64,000 nucleotides of DNA from contig JBPOGH010000019.1 of NCBI GenBank assembly GCA_051252135.1, positions 21,176 to 85,175 of the forward strand, in the 5' to 3' direction. The number at the start of each line of letters is the position of its first letter. Within the stretch, counting starts at the first letter, position 1. This DNA is from Verrucomicrobiaceae bacterium. GTDB taxonomy: Bacteria; Verrucomicrobiota; Verrucomicrobiia; Verrucomicrobiales; Akkermansiaceae. The notes under the pieces were generated by a model. It saw only the letters and a list, made by a program, of their open reading frames with translations. It searched no databases and was not told the origin of the DNA. Below, piece by piece: positions 17,701 to 28,262 of this stretch. Made by a program: the position numbers and the translations under genes.

Positions 17701-20700
17701 ATGGGCCACCCCGATGCCGGTGAAGGCTTCCTCGCCCACGTCTTCGTCAACGGACTCTACTGGGGCCTCCACAACATCGCCGAGCGACAGGACAACACCC
17801 ACTACGCCGAGCACAACGGCGGCGATTCCGACAACATCGACGCCCTCAACGGCACCAAGTTCGTCAACGGAACCACCACCTCCTGGAACCAACTCAAAAC
17901 CACCGTCGCCGGCGGCAACTGGAATGCCATCCAACAGGTCCTCGATGTCGACACCTACATCGACTACCACCTCCTCCAACGCTTCGGCGCCAATCAGGAC
18001 CTCAAGACCAATGGCAACTGGCGCGCTGCCGGCGGAGGCTCGGAGTCCCTTCCCTGGAAACTCTTCTCCTGGGATGGCGAGCGCGTCCTCGAATCACCAA
18101 CCGCCAGCAACGTCCCCCTCGACCCCATGGGCATCCGTGGAAACATCGAAGCCCTCCCCGAATACCGCCTCCGCTTTGCCGACCGCGCCCGCATGCACCT
18201 CACCGGAAATGGCGCCCTCACCCCAACCGCCACCGCCGCTCGCTGGATGAAATACGCCAACAATATCGACAAAGCCATCATCGCCGAGTCCGCCCGCTGG
18301 GGTGACCATCGCAGACCAACCAATCCCTACGACCGCAATGGCGAATGGCTCACCGAACAAAACCGCCTTCTCACCCAATACTTCCCCGTCCGCACCACCA
18401 ACGTCATCAACAAGCTCATCTCCGACGGACTCTACTCCCCCGTCGCCCCACCCGCCTTCACCGTCGATAACGCCGCGAGCAATGGCGGCTTCGTCGGCTC
18501 CGGCGTCTCCCTCTCCGCCACCGGCGGAAAAGTCTACTACACCACCGATGGCTCGGACCCCGCCCTCGCCAATGGCTCCATCAACCCCGGCTCCTCCTCC
18601 TTCACCAATCCCGGAGGCTCCCCCACTCCCCTCAATCTCACCGCCTCCACCATCATCACCGCCCGCATCCTGAGCGGGGGCGACTGGTCCGCACCCATCC
18701 AAACCGCCTTCCTCACCGAACCACCCGCCTCCTCGTCCTCCCTCGCCATCACCGAGATCAACTACCACCCGCGCGAAGCCACCCTCGTCGAAAAAGCCGC
18801 CGCCGCTCCTCTCGATCTCGACAACCGCGACCTCTTCGAATTCATCGAAATCCAAAACATCGCCGCCGAACCACTCAACCTCTACGGAGCCCAATTCTCC
18901 GCCGGTATCAACCTCACCTTCGGCCTCGAAAAACTCGACCCCGGTGAGCGCGCCCTCATCGTCCGGGATCTCGACGCCTTCACCGCCCGATACGGCACCC
19001 CCACCGTCAAGATCGTCGGCACCTACGCCAATAATCTCGATAACGACGGCGAACTCCTCTCCCTCTCAAAAGAAGACCTCTCCCCTATCGCCTCCCTCAC
19101 CTTCAATGACAACGGCCCCTGGCCTTCCCGCCCCGATGGCGACGGCTCCACTCTCGAAATCATCGACCCCGCCCAAGACCCCAACGACCCCGCCAACTGG
19201 CGCTCCAGCCGCGCCTTCCACGGCACCCCCGGCTCCGCACCCCTCCCCGATACCCAACGCATCGTCATCAACGAAGTCCTCAGCAACCCCGTCGATAACC
19301 TCGACCGCATCGAGCTCCACAACCCCACCGCCAGCCCCATCACCATCTCCCATTGGGTCATCACGGACTCCAAGGGCACCTACCGTTCCTACACCTTCCC
19401 CACCACCACCATCCCCGCCCTCGGATACCTCACCATCGATCAAAGCACCTTCGATTCGTCCTCGATCACCCCCATCTCCAACTACACCGGCAACTCCGGA
19501 TTCTTCCCCACCGCCGTCACCAGCACCGGCCACGGACTCACCACCGGAGACATCATCACCATCTCCGGCTACGGCGGATTCTCCGATTTCAACAAGACCT
19601 TCGAGGTCACCGTCGTCAATGCCGACGTCTTCCAAATCACCGCCCCCTTCCTCGATAACGATGCCCTCAAAGGTGGCTTCTCCCTCGGCCGCCCCTTCGG
19701 ACTCAGCGCCGGAAATGGCGATGACCTTTGGCTCGTCGAAGCCGACTCATCCGGTAACCTCATCTCCTTCGTCGACCACGTCGAGTTCGCCGCCTCCCGC
19801 TACGGCGAATCCCTCGGCCGTTGGCCAAATGCCGGAGGCTCGGACATCATCACCACCATGGTCACCAATACCTTTGATGGCGACAACTCCGGTCCCCTCA
19901 TCGGCCCCGCCTTCATCTCCGAAGTCCACTACCAACCCAACGGCGCCGACAACCTCGAGTTCGTCGAACTCTGCAACCCCACTTCCTCTCCGCTCGCCCT
20001 CGAGAACTGGAAACTCCGTGGCGGCCTCGATTTCAACTTCACCTCCGCCCACACCATCCCCGCCGCCAGCGCCGTCGTCATCGTCACCTTTGACCCCGCC
20101 ACCAACACCACTGCCGACACCGCCTTCCGCACCCACTTCGGCATCGACTCCTCCGTCACCCTCATCGGACCCGCCACCGACGGCCCCCTCGATAACCTCT
20201 CCGGCACCGTTCGCCTCCAGGCCCCCAATGGCCCCCCCTCCGGCAACCCGCCCGCCTACCCCCAGGTCACCGCGGACTCCGTCGATTACCTCGCCACTTC
20301 ACCTTGGCCCTCCGTCGCCGCAAATGGCAGTTCCCTCCAGCGAAACGCCCCCCTCGACTTCGGTAATTTCGCCACCTCCTGGACCAGCGCCGCCGCCAAC
20401 CCCGGTAACAAGACCCTCACCTACGCCGCCTTCGCCGCCGCCCTCGGCCTCGGCGCAGAACTGGATGACGATGACCGCGACGGCTCCGCAAACCTCATCG
20501 AGTTCGCCACCGGATCCAACCCCCTCGATTCTCAAAGCCTCCCGCTTCAGATCAACTCCGGTGGCACTCTCAGCTTCAACCGAAACCTCCTGAGCGGGTC
20601 CATCAACCTCATCCTCCAATCCTCCCCCGACCTCGACACCTGGTCCACCGTCACCCCCGTCACCGGCCCCGTCACCAACTCCCTCGAGCTCAACTCCCTC

Positions 20701-20760
20701 GCCTTCGATCCCAACAACGAATCCCGCCGATTCTGGAGGCTCCGGGCCACCACTCCATAG
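14722..20760 (+). CDS. Giant secreted CotH-kinase / lamin-tail-domain protein with three FN3-like repeats (~2010 aa)
   Basis: Signal peptide; three repeats ending YYxR/YFFR/YFYR...AW; lamin-tail motifs INEFLA, ITEINYHP, INEVL, ISEVHY; YYTTDGS modules; CotH core (VNGLYWGLHNIAER, NQDLKTNGNW, WDGE, AESARWGD). Confidence 0.88.
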   Translation: MRSIFLTSFLLAGTALGQLLVDFNRAGFNDLETGYQAYTAEHENIPGFTTQAFNAFGTTINLTPGWPDSTDPRVQQMIDRGTNNDNNWVGNKISLLTDFIGVDTRTGNGGNGNYDGSTGSPTRMTLNLSGLPAGDYQWLSYHHDTENVHTSFRIEYSTDGGSNYTLLPATYPGTNSTAGGNPASSQIYTGTPDPDPADLPSTAVFNFSASAGQDVLIRFTPYSNTGVHRQIWACNGFEITQNSAPTVENSAATDIMPTTASIGGNVTAGGSPNITLYWGDNDGGTTPGNWDTAINLGPQSASFSAAISSLTQGTTYYHRAFASNAAGSAWAPNTNSFTTSAGASLPSLITFGATEISYTQADVNGTVSNTGGDPPQVTLFYGTTNGGNDENAWDFSTGIGTHSGPFSDTLFNLDHSTTYFFRFQGTNSGGTAWAPNIQSFTTLAFTAPAVSVLPPTSAGGTSAIVNGEVTDTGNDAPEITIFYGTSDAGTNAASWQNSVAIGPKSSTFSASLLNLTPSTTYFYRVRGINSVATAWSASAETFSTGIPSDIVINEFLAGNDTIAVPNAVAGTFDDFIELLNTGSSQLNLGGWHLTDNPSNLTQWTFPANTLVEVGEFLVILANGSGVPDANGNLTTNFRLSTSGDYLALVRPNLSIASEFGPGGSNFPEQNDDVSYGLHPSSSASVFFSTPTPGALNDAGGIAKVSPVAASPGRGYYDTAQSVTLSSPTLGAQIYYTTDGSAPITSGGTPGASATLYSGPISIPQITVLRASALKANFAPAQSVTHSYVLLDIAGAGSNGTDPNGLNDVFLTQTQPSGYGALASGDYNMDPDISRATSSSTGHGKTVAQAMLEGMRDIPTISIALPKEDFAGGNGIYSNSQSEGLAWERECSAEFIPAANDTRTGFQENCGLRVQGGASRVPAKSPKHSLSFRFRNSYGEGKLRHALFPGSDVTTFNSIALRAGYNNSWIHSSSDQPPRGSMIRDQWMRESMKDMGHPDAGEGFLAHVFVNGLYWGLHNIAERQDNTHYAEHNGGDSDNIDALNGTKFVNGTTTSWNQLKTTVAGGNWNAIQQVLDVDTYIDYHLLQRFGANQDLKTNGNWRAAGGGSESLPWKLFSWDGERVLESPTASNVPLDPMGIRGNIEALPEYRLRFADRARMHLTGNGALTPTATAARWMKYANNIDKAIIAESARWGDHRRPTNPYDRNGEWLTEQNRLLTQYFPVRTTNVINKLISDGLYSPVAPPAFTVDNAASNGGFVGSGVSLSATGGKVYYTTDGSDPALANGSINPGSSSFTNPGGSPTPLNLTASTIITARILSGGDWSAPIQTAFLTEPPASSSSLAITEINYHPREATLVEKAAAAPLDLDNRDLFEFIEIQNIAAEPLNLYGAQFSAGINLTFGLEKLDPGERALIVRDLDAFTARYGTPTVKIVGTYANNLDNDGELLSLSKEDLSPIASLTFNDNGPWPSRPDGDGSTLEIIDPAQDPNDPANWRSSRAFHGTPGSAPLPDTQRIVINEVLSNPVDNLDRIELHNPTASPITISHWVITDSKGTYRSYTFPTTTIPALGYLTIDQSTFDSSSITPISNYTGNSGFFPTAVTSTGHGLTTGDIITISGYGGFSDFNKTFEVTVVNADVFQITAPFLDNDALKGGFSLGRPFGLSAGNGDDLWLVEADSSGNLISFVDHVEFAASRYGESLGRWPNAGGSDIITTMVTNTFDGDNSGPLIGPAFISEVHYQPNGADNLEFVELCNPTSSPLALENWKLRGGLDFNFTSAHTIPAASAVVIVTFDPATNTTADTAFRTHFGIDSSVTLIGPATDGPLDNLSGTVRLQAPNGPPSGNPPAYPQVTADSVDYLATSPWPSVAANGSSLQRNAPLDFGNFATSWTSAAANPGNKTLTYAAFAAALGLGAELDDDDRDGSANLIEFATGSNPLDSQSLPLQINSGGTLSFNRNLLSGSINLILQSSPDLDTWSTVTPVTGPVTNSLELNSLAFDPNNESRRFWRLRATTP

Positions 20761-20826
20761 TTCCCCACCGGGAAACATGTCATTGCATTGTGACAACAGA
20801 ACATTCATCGTGAGTGAACACTTGCG

Positions 20827-23800
20827 ATGAATTTTTCTGTCATACTTCTCTCCTCTTTGGTCCTGGCCTCAACCGCTTTTGGCCAACTCAAGGTCGACTT
20901 CAACTCCACCACTCAGGACGGCGGCCCCAACAATGAGCCCGGATTCGAAGCCTTCAGCGCGCCCCACGAAGGTGCAACGCCTCCCGCCACCGAAACCTAC
21001 AACGCTTTCGGCACCTCCATCTCCGTAACCCCCTCCTGGCCCAACACCTCCAATGCAAACGTCCGCCAGTTCATCGACCGCGGATCCGCCAATGACAGCA
21101 ACTGGGGAACCACCAACATCAACCTCCTCACCGATTGGCTCGGCGTCGACACCCGCACCGGCAATGGCGGAAATGGAGTCTTCGATGGAAACTCCGGCAC
21201 CCCCACCGATTTCATCCTCACCCTCGGCAACCTCCCCGCCGCCAACTACTCCTGGACCTCCTACCACCACGATACCGAAAACATGGTCGGTGACTTCACC
21301 GTCGAGCTCTCCACCAACAACGGCACCACCTATTCCCAAATCGGAGGCACCCGCACCATCACCGATAGCACCTCCGGCGGAAACCCCGCTGGCTCACAGC
21401 TCTACGATGACTCCTCCTGGACCATCGCCACCCTCCCTTCCACCGTCACCTTCGACTTCGACGCCCTCGCCGGCCAGGATGTCAAACTCCGCTTCCGCTC
21501 CCTCGCCACCGCCAACGTCCACGCCGCCTTCTTCCTCATCAACGGTTTCGAACTCGCCGTAAACACCCCCGCCGACAGCCCCACCAACCTCGCCCTCTCC
21601 GGCACCAGCGCCAGCGCCGCCGCAAATATCGGCGATATCGTCGGCTCCCTCTCTTCCTCCGACCCCACCCCCGGAGACACCTTCACCTACACCCTCGTCA
21701 GCGGCGCCGGGTCCGATGACAACGGCGAGTTCGACATCGTCGGCAACAACCTCGTCGTCGATGGTGACCTCTCCATCTACCCCGGCGGCACCCAACTCGC
21801 CGTCCGCATCCGCACCACCGATGCCGCCTCAAACTTCTTCGAAAAATCCTTCACCATCGAGATTATCAATGACTCCGATTCCGACGGCCTCGATGACTCC
21901 TGGGAACTCACCTACTTCCCCGATCTCACCACCTCCTCCGGCTCCGGAAATAACGACACCGATGCGCTCGACAACGCCGCCGAGCAAGCCGCCGGAACCA
22001 ACCCCACCCTCGCCGATACCGACTCCGATGGCCTCAATGACGACCTCGAGAACAACTCCGGCACCTACCTCTCCCCCACCAACACCGGCTCCAACCCCCT
22101 CAACCCGGACACCGATGGCGATGGCATCAACGACGGAGACGAAGTCTCAAACGCCAACGGCTTCATCACCAACCCCAATCTCGCCGACACCGATGGCGAC
22201 GGCTTCAACGACCGCATCGAGATCGATGGCGGCCATGACCCCACCAACGCCGCCGACTTCCCCTCCGGCCTCCAGCCCCTTCTCATCAACGAAATCCTCG
22301 TCAGCAACGAAACCGGATTCCGCGATGGCAACGACCGAAAGAACGACTGGATCGAGCTCTTCAACCCCAACCCCCAACCCGTCAACCTCGATGGCTTCTT
22401 CCTCACCGATGACGCCGCAAATCTCACCAAATGGAACTTCCCCGATGTCGTCATCGGCGCAAATTCCTACCTCGTCGTCTTCGCCTCCGGTGATGACATG
22501 ACCGACCCCTCCGGCAATCCCCACACCAATTTCCGACTCAACAATTCCGGCGAATACCTCGCCCTCGTCGGCCCCAATGGCACCGCCATCGAAGACCTCC
22601 TCAGCCCCACTTACCCCGAACAATTTACCGACATCTCCTACGGCCGCGCCATCTCCGGCGGCGGCTTCCTCTACTTCGCCTCCCCCACCCCCGGCACCGC
22701 CAACGGCTCCGGTTCCCCCGGCGTCGTTAAGGACACCAACTTCACCATCGATCGCGGATTCTACGACACCCCCTTCAACCTCGAAATCCTCTCCGACACC
22801 CCCAACGCCGAAATCCGATACACCCTCGACGGCTCCATCCCCACCGAAACCACCGGAACCCTCTACACCGGCCCCATCGCCATCGCCACCACCGCCAACG
22901 TCCGCGCCATGGCCCACCTCCCCGGCTCCGGATTCCTCCCCACCAATGTCGACACCCACTCCTACATCTTTGTCGATGACGTCACCCAACAACCAACCGA
23001 CCCCGCCGGCTGGGCTGAAAACTGGAGCAACGACAGCACCGTCGGCCTCGTCCCCTCGGACTACGAGATGGACCCCCGCGTCGTCAATGATGTCGCCGGC
23101 CTCCGCGACGCCGACCACACCATGCGCGCCGCCCTCCTCGATATCCCCAGCGTCTCCGTCACCATGGAACAGCTCGATTTCGTAGCCTCCGAAGCCCAAA
23201 AACAAGCCGGCGCCTCACTCAGCCTCTACGGCACCCCACGCTCACGCTTCGAAAAAATCTGCTCCGTCGAATACCTCCTCCCCAACGGCACCAAAGGCTT
23301 CCAGGAAGATTGTAAAATCGAAACCCACGGCAACTCCTCCCGCACCCCCAACCGGATGCAGAAGCACTCCCTCCGCCTCACCTTCTCCTCCACCGTCGGT
23401 ATCCCCAAGTTAAACTACGACCTCTTCCCCGACTCCCCCGTCAACTCCTTCAACAAGCTCGTCCTCCGCGCCTGCTTCACCGACTCCTGGGCCCTCAACA
23501 CCTGGAGCGCCGCCCGCTACCGCCCCAACGATTCCCTCTACATGCGGGATGTCTGGATGAAGGACATTCTCGGCGACATGGGACAACCCACTTCCTACGG
23601 AAATTTCGTCCACCTCTACGTCAACGGACTCTACTTCGGCGTCCATAACCTCACCGAGCGAATCGAGGATGACTTCTACGCCGAGCACCTCGGGGGCGAA
23701 CCCGAAGACTGGGAAATCAACAAAGACCTCGAGTCCGGCGGCTCCCTCTGGAACAGCATGATCGGCACCCTCAACGGCAACATCACCACCCCCGCCGTCT

Positions 23801-26103
23801 ATGAAACCGCCAAGACCAAAATCGACGTGGAAAACTACGCCGACTACATGATCCTCCACCTCTTCGCCGATTCCGAGGACTGGCCCCACCACAACGGCTA
23901 CGCCTCCGTCAATGCCGTCAGCGGCGACGGACTCTACCGCTTCAATGTCTGGGACCAGGAGATCGCCTTCGATAAATACACCTGGAATCGCTACAGCGAT
24001 GGTCGCGGCGGCGGCGCCCCCTTCCAACGCCTCAAGCTCAACGAGGACTTCCGCATGCTCTTCGCAGACCGCGTCTACAAGCACCTCAACGACGGAGGCG
24101 CCCTCTCCATCCAAGGTGCCAGCGCAAGCTTCATGCGCCGCATGAATGAGCTCGATAAGGCCATCGTCGCCGAGTCCGCACGCTGGGGCGACGTCCAGGC
24201 CCACGTCCCCTGGGCCAACACCCCCGGCAGCTCCAATAATATCGACGCCGACTACTACCCCCCCACCATCAACAACCCCATCTACTTCACCCGGGAACAA
24301 CACTGGATCGTCGAACGGGATAACGTCCTCAACAACTACCTCCCCACCCTCCACGACACCTCGGACAGCCGCTCCTTCGTCCGCGAACTCCGCAACCTCA
24401 ATCCCCCGCTCTACCCCTCCATCGACCCGCCCAACTTCTCCCAACTCGGCGGCGTTGTTCCCAACAACTTCGAGCTCGAACTCACCTCACCCCAGGGCGG
24501 CGTTTACTACACCACCGACGGCTCCGACCCACGCCTCCCCGGCGGCACCATCAACCCCGCCGCCGGTGCCATCGGCGCCCCCTCGCTCGTCACCTTCTTC
24601 GATCTCGAATCCACCGGTTGGCGCTACCTCGATACCGCCACCGCCCAGTCGAACAGCGACCTCACCGCAGGCAACCCCGCCTACGATGCCACCGACTGGA
24701 AACACCAGGACTTCGATGACACCAGCTGGGGCTCCGGACAGGCCATGCTCGGTGATGGCACCATCGACAACCGCACCATCAATACCGAGATCAACATCGG
24801 CTCCATCTTCAGCCGCACCCCCACCCTCTACTTCCGGAAGGAATTCAACGTCACCGACGCCAGCGAGTTCACCAGCCTCAGCTTCAACTCCATTCAGGAT
24901 GACGGCATCATCGTCTACCTTAATGGCCGGGAAATTTACCGCCACAACATCGAACCAGGCGTCGTCTCCTACGACGACCTCGCAGACCAGGCCGAAACCC
25001 CCGAGGGCGTCATCCTCAACGTCGAACACACCCTCCTCCCCGGCCAACTCCTTGAAGGAAACAACGTCGTCGCCATCGAGGTTCATAACCAAAGCACCAC
25101 CAGCTCGGACCTCGCCATCGACCTCGCCCTCTCCGGACTCAAAGCCGCCACCGGCGGAAACTCATTCACCCTCACCCAGAGCGGCACCGTGAACTCCCGC
25201 ACCCGCACGGTCTCCGGTGAATGGTCCGCCCTCCGCACCGCCGACTTCATCGTCGGCACCCCCGGAGCCGCCGGAAACATCGTCATCTCCGAAATCATGT
25301 TCAACCCCCAGGGAGCCGATGAAGACCTCGAGTTTATCGAACTCATGAACATCAGCGCCACTGAGTCCGTCGACCTCACCGATGTCTCCTTCACCGATGG
25401 CATCTTCTACAGCTTCCCCACCGGCTTCGTCATCCCGCCCGGCGGACGCGTCGTCGTCGTCAAAAACCAGGCCGCCTTCGCCGCCCACTACTCCACCCTC
25501 GGCATCGTCATCGCCCCAGGTGAATTCACCGGCAGCCTCTCCAATGGCGGCGAAAACATCACCCTCACCGGAAACAACGGCGACCCCATCCAGAGCTTCA
25601 TGTATTTTGCCGATGGCACCCCCGGCTGGCCTTCCCAGGCCGATGGCTTCGGCCCCTCCATGGTCCTCGTCAACCCCTCCTCAAACCCCGCCCACGGCGT
25701 TGGCACCAACTGGATCGCCTCCCCCTCCTCCGGCGGCAGCCCCGGACTCCCCGACTCCCAACCCCTCCCCGCCAACCCCGGCGAGGACCTCGATGGCGAC
25801 GGACTCAACGCCCTCGCCGAATACTTCTTCGGCACCTCGGATTCCCAATCAAACACCCACCCCGGATCCATGAACCAATCAGCCGGAGGCCCTCTCCTCA
25901 CCTTCCCCCGCAACCCCCTCGCCGGCGAAGCCACCTGGACCATCGAACTCTCCGATGACCTCCTGACCTGGGCCGCAGACCCAGCCGCCATCACCATCCA
26001 ACCCACCACGAATCTCCCCGACGGCCGCACTCAGGAAAATATCCTCCTCAACCCCGGATCCCCCCGGAAGTTTGCCCGCGTAAAAATCACCGCCGCCCCT
26101 TAA
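20827..26103 (+). CDS. Giant secreted CotH-kinase / lamin-tail-domain protein with cadherin-like and Ca-binding DxDGDG repeats (1758 aa)
   Basis: Signal peptide; cadherin-like TFTYTLVSGAGSDDNGEF; DTDGDG...NP repeats; lamin-tail domains; CotH core (YVNGLYFGVHNLTER, DWPHHN, WDQE, AESARWGD); DDGIIVYLNGRE beta-sandwich. Confidence 0.88.
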   Translation: MNFSVILLSSLVLASTAFGQLKVDFNSTTQDGGPNNEPGFEAFSAPHEGATPPATETYNAFGTSISVTPSWPNTSNANVRQFIDRGSANDSNWGTTNINLLTDWLGVDTRTGNGGNGVFDGNSGTPTDFILTLGNLPAANYSWTSYHHDTENMVGDFTVELSTNNGTTYSQIGGTRTITDSTSGGNPAGSQLYDDSSWTIATLPSTVTFDFDALAGQDVKLRFRSLATANVHAAFFLINGFELAVNTPADSPTNLALSGTSASAAANIGDIVGSLSSSDPTPGDTFTYTLVSGAGSDDNGEFDIVGNNLVVDGDLSIYPGGTQLAVRIRTTDAASNFFEKSFTIEIINDSDSDGLDDSWELTYFPDLTTSSGSGNNDTDALDNAAEQAAGTNPTLADTDSDGLNDDLENNSGTYLSPTNTGSNPLNPDTDGDGINDGDEVSNANGFITNPNLADTDGDGFNDRIEIDGGHDPTNAADFPSGLQPLLINEILVSNETGFRDGNDRKNDWIELFNPNPQPVNLDGFFLTDDAANLTKWNFPDVVIGANSYLVVFASGDDMTDPSGNPHTNFRLNNSGEYLALVGPNGTAIEDLLSPTYPEQFTDISYGRAISGGGFLYFASPTPGTANGSGSPGVVKDTNFTIDRGFYDTPFNLEILSDTPNAEIRYTLDGSIPTETTGTLYTGPIAIATTANVRAMAHLPGSGFLPTNVDTHSYIFVDDVTQQPTDPAGWAENWSNDSTVGLVPSDYEMDPRVVNDVAGLRDADHTMRAALLDIPSVSVTMEQLDFVASEAQKQAGASLSLYGTPRSRFEKICSVEYLLPNGTKGFQEDCKIETHGNSSRTPNRMQKHSLRLTFSSTVGIPKLNYDLFPDSPVNSFNKLVLRACFTDSWALNTWSAARYRPNDSLYMRDVWMKDILGDMGQPTSYGNFVHLYVNGLYFGVHNLTERIEDDFYAEHLGGEPEDWEINKDLESGGSLWNSMIGTLNGNITTPAVYETAKTKIDVENYADYMILHLFADSEDWPHHNGYASVNAVSGDGLYRFNVWDQEIAFDKYTWNRYSDGRGGGAPFQRLKLNEDFRMLFADRVYKHLNDGGALSIQGASASFMRRMNELDKAIVAESARWGDVQAHVPWANTPGSSNNIDADYYPPTINNPIYFTREQHWIVERDNVLNNYLPTLHDTSDSRSFVRELRNLNPPLYPSIDPPNFSQLGGVVPNNFELELTSPQGGVYYTTDGSDPRLPGGTINPAAGAIGAPSLVTFFDLESTGWRYLDTATAQSNSDLTAGNPAYDATDWKHQDFDDTSWGSGQAMLGDGTIDNRTINTEINIGSIFSRTPTLYFRKEFNVTDASEFTSLSFNSIQDDGIIVYLNGREIYRHNIEPGVVSYDDLADQAETPEGVILNVEHTLLPGQLLEGNNVVAIEVHNQSTTSSDLAIDLALSGLKAATGGNSFTLTQSGTVNSRTRTVSGEWSALRTADFIVGTPGAAGNIVISEIMFNPQGADEDLEFIELMNISATESVDLTDVSFTDGIFYSFPTGFVIPPGGRVVVVKNQAAFAAHYSTLGIVIAPGEFTGSLSNGGENITLTGNNGDPIQSFMYFADGTPGWPSQADGFGPSMVLVNPSSNPAHGVGTNWIASPSSGGSPGLPDSQPLPANPGEDLDGDGLNALAEYFFGTSDSQSNTHPGSMNQSAGGPLLTFPRNPLAGEATWTIELSDDLLTWAADPAAITIQPTTNLPDGRTQENILLNPGSPRKFARVKITAAP

Positions 26104-26171
26104 AGCCCCCCCATCTCTAATTCCCAATCCTTTACACTGGCGAAATCCCCCCCACAGGTTTTCACTACGGC

Positions 26172-26600
26172 ATGCCCGATGCCACCACTCTCCCCTGCTC
26201 CGCCCGCGCGGAAACCAACGGCCTGATCTACTTCCCCCGCCTCTGCGATAAAATCCGCCTCATGCACGCAGGCACCCTCCACCCCGATTTCCACAGCAAC
26301 CTCGGACTCGGCATGGACCTCTGGACCTGCCAGTTCCTCGGCGTCGACTACCACGATCTCAAAGCCCAAATCCTCGCCGGCGCCACCGACCTCGACGCCC
26401 TCACCTGGGCCCGCGAAAACGGCATCACCCGCCCCGACTTCGAACAAGCTTGGTTCACCTCCTACATCTCCAACCGTGGCTTCCGTGACGACATGAGCGA
26501 ACGCCTCGCCCAACGCAAAAAAGAAACTCCGCACACCGACCGCGACGACATCCTCACCTTCATGGACTACATTGAAGTCGACGAAGGCCGCACCCTCTAA
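26172..26600 (+). CDS. DUF5069-like protein
   Basis: GLIYFPRLCDKIRL...GMDLWTCQFLGV...TFMDYIEVDEGR; family recognised from recall. Confidence 0.75.
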   Translation: MPDATTLPCSARAETNGLIYFPRLCDKIRLMHAGTLHPDFHSNLGLGMDLWTCQFLGVDYHDLKAQILAGATDLDALTWARENGITRPDFEQAWFTSYISNRGFRDDMSERLAQRKKETPHTDRDDILTFMDYIEVDEGRTL

Positions 26601-26612
26601 CCCTCTCAAAAA

Positions 26613-28238
26613 ATGACCCCTTTCCACTACCAGCCACCCTTCCCCCTCGGCCGCGACGAGACCGAGTATGAACTCCTCACCTCCGACCACGTCTCAATCA
26701 CCCAACTCGGCGATCGGGAAATCCTCAACGTCGCCCCCGAAGCACTCACCCTCCTCGCCAACGAAGCGATCAAGGCCGTCTCCTTCAAACTCCGCACCTC
26801 CCATCTCAAACAGGTCGCCTCCATCCTCGACGATCCCGAGGCCTCCGAGAACGACCGCATGGTCGCCCTCATGCTTCTCAAGAATGCCGAGATCGCCTCC
26901 CACGGAATCCTCCCCGGCTGCCAGGACACCGGCACCGCCATCGTCATGGGCAAGAAGGGCGAAAACGTCTTCACCGGATCAGACGATGCCGAATCCCTCT
27001 CCGCCGGCATCCACAAAACCTACCAGGAAGAAAACCTCCGCTACTCCCAGGTCTCCCCCCTCACCATGTTTGAGGAGGTCAACACCAAGACCAACCTCCC
27101 CGCCCAGATCGATCTATACGCCACCCAAGGCTCGGAATACTCCTTCCTCTTCATGACCAAGGGCGGCGGCTCTGCCAACAAATCATTCCTCTACCAACAA
27201 ACCAAAGCCCTCCTCAATCCCGAGAGCCTCATGGAGTTCTGCATCGAAAAAATGCGCTCCATCGGCACCTCCGCCTGCCCTCCCTACCACCTCGCCTTCG
27301 TCATCGGCGGCACCTCTGCCGAGAACTGCATGAAGACCGTCAAGCTCGCCTCCGCACGCTACCTCGACACCCTCCCCACCGAGGGTAACGAACACGGCCA
27401 GGCCTTCCGCGATCTCGATCTCGAAGCCAAACTCCTCGAGGCCGCCCGCAAGATCGGCATCGGTGCCCAGTTCGGCGGCAAGTACTTCGCCCACGACGTC
27501 CGCGTCATCCGCCTCCCCCGCCACGGCGCCTCCTGCCCCGTCGGCCTCGGCGTCTCCTGCTCCGCCGACCGCCAGGCCAAAGCAAAGATCACCAAAGACG
27601 GCATCTTCCTCGAAAAACTCGAGGACAACCCCGGCCAATTCATCCCCGATGAATTCCGCGACTGGAAGTTCAAGGGCGTCCAAATCGACCTCGACCTCGG
27701 CATGGAACAAACCCTCGCCACCCTCTCAAAATACCCCGTCACCACCGCCGTCTCCCTCACCGGAAACATCATCGTTGCGCGCGATATCGCCCACGCCAAA
27801 CTCAAGGAAATCCTCGAAAAAGACGGCGAATTCCCCGCCTACTTCAAGGACTACCCCGTCTACTACGCCGGCCCCGCCAAAACCCCCGAAGGCATGGCCT
27901 CCGGATCCTTCGGCCCCACCACCGCCGGTCGCATGGACCCCTACGTCGACCTCTTCCAGGCCCACGGCGCCTCCATGGTCATGCTCGCCAAGGGCAATCG
28001 CTCCCAAATGGTCACCGACGCCTGCAAAAAACACGGCGGCTTCTACCTCGGATCCGCCGGCGGCCCCGCCGCCCTCCTCGCCAAGGAACACATCAAGTCC
28101 CAGGAAGTCGTCGACTTCCCCGAGCTCGGCATGGAAGCCGTCTGGAAAATCCGCGTCGAAAACTTCCCCGCCTTCATCCTCGTCGATGACAAAGGAAACG
28201 ACTTCTTCAAACAAATCAGCCAGTGCCCCGTGCACTAA
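26613..28238 (+). CDS. fumA: Class I (Fe-S) fumarate hydratase
   Basis: [41 protein letters not shown]. Confidence 0.95.
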   Translation: MTPFHYQPPFPLGRDETEYELLTSDHVSITQLGDREILNVAPEALTLLANEAIKAVSFKLRTSHLKQVASILDDPEASENDRMVALMLLKNAEIASHGILPGCQDTGTAIVMGKKGENVFTGSDDAESLSAGIHKTYQEENLRYSQVSPLTMFEEVNTKTNLPAQIDLYATQGSEYSFLFMTKGGGSANKSFLYQQTKALLNPESLMEFCIEKMRSIGTSACPPYHLAFVIGGTSAENCMKTVKLASARYLDTLPTEGNEHGQAFRDLDLEAKLLEAARKIGIGAQFGGKYFAHDVRVIRLPRHGASCPVGLGVSCSADRQAKAKITKDGIFLEKLEDNPGQFIPDEFRDWKFKGVQIDLDLGMEQTLATLSKYPVTTAVSLTGNIIVARDIAHAKLKEILEKDGEFPAYFKDYPVYYAGPAKTPEGMASGSFGPTTAGRMDPYVDLFQAHGASMVMLAKGNRSQMVTDACKKHGGFYLGSAGGPAALLAKEHIKSQEVVDFPELGMEAVWKIRVENFPAFILVDDKGNDFFKQISQCPVH

Positions 28239-28262
28239 TCTTCACCTCTCGGGAGGCTCGCC

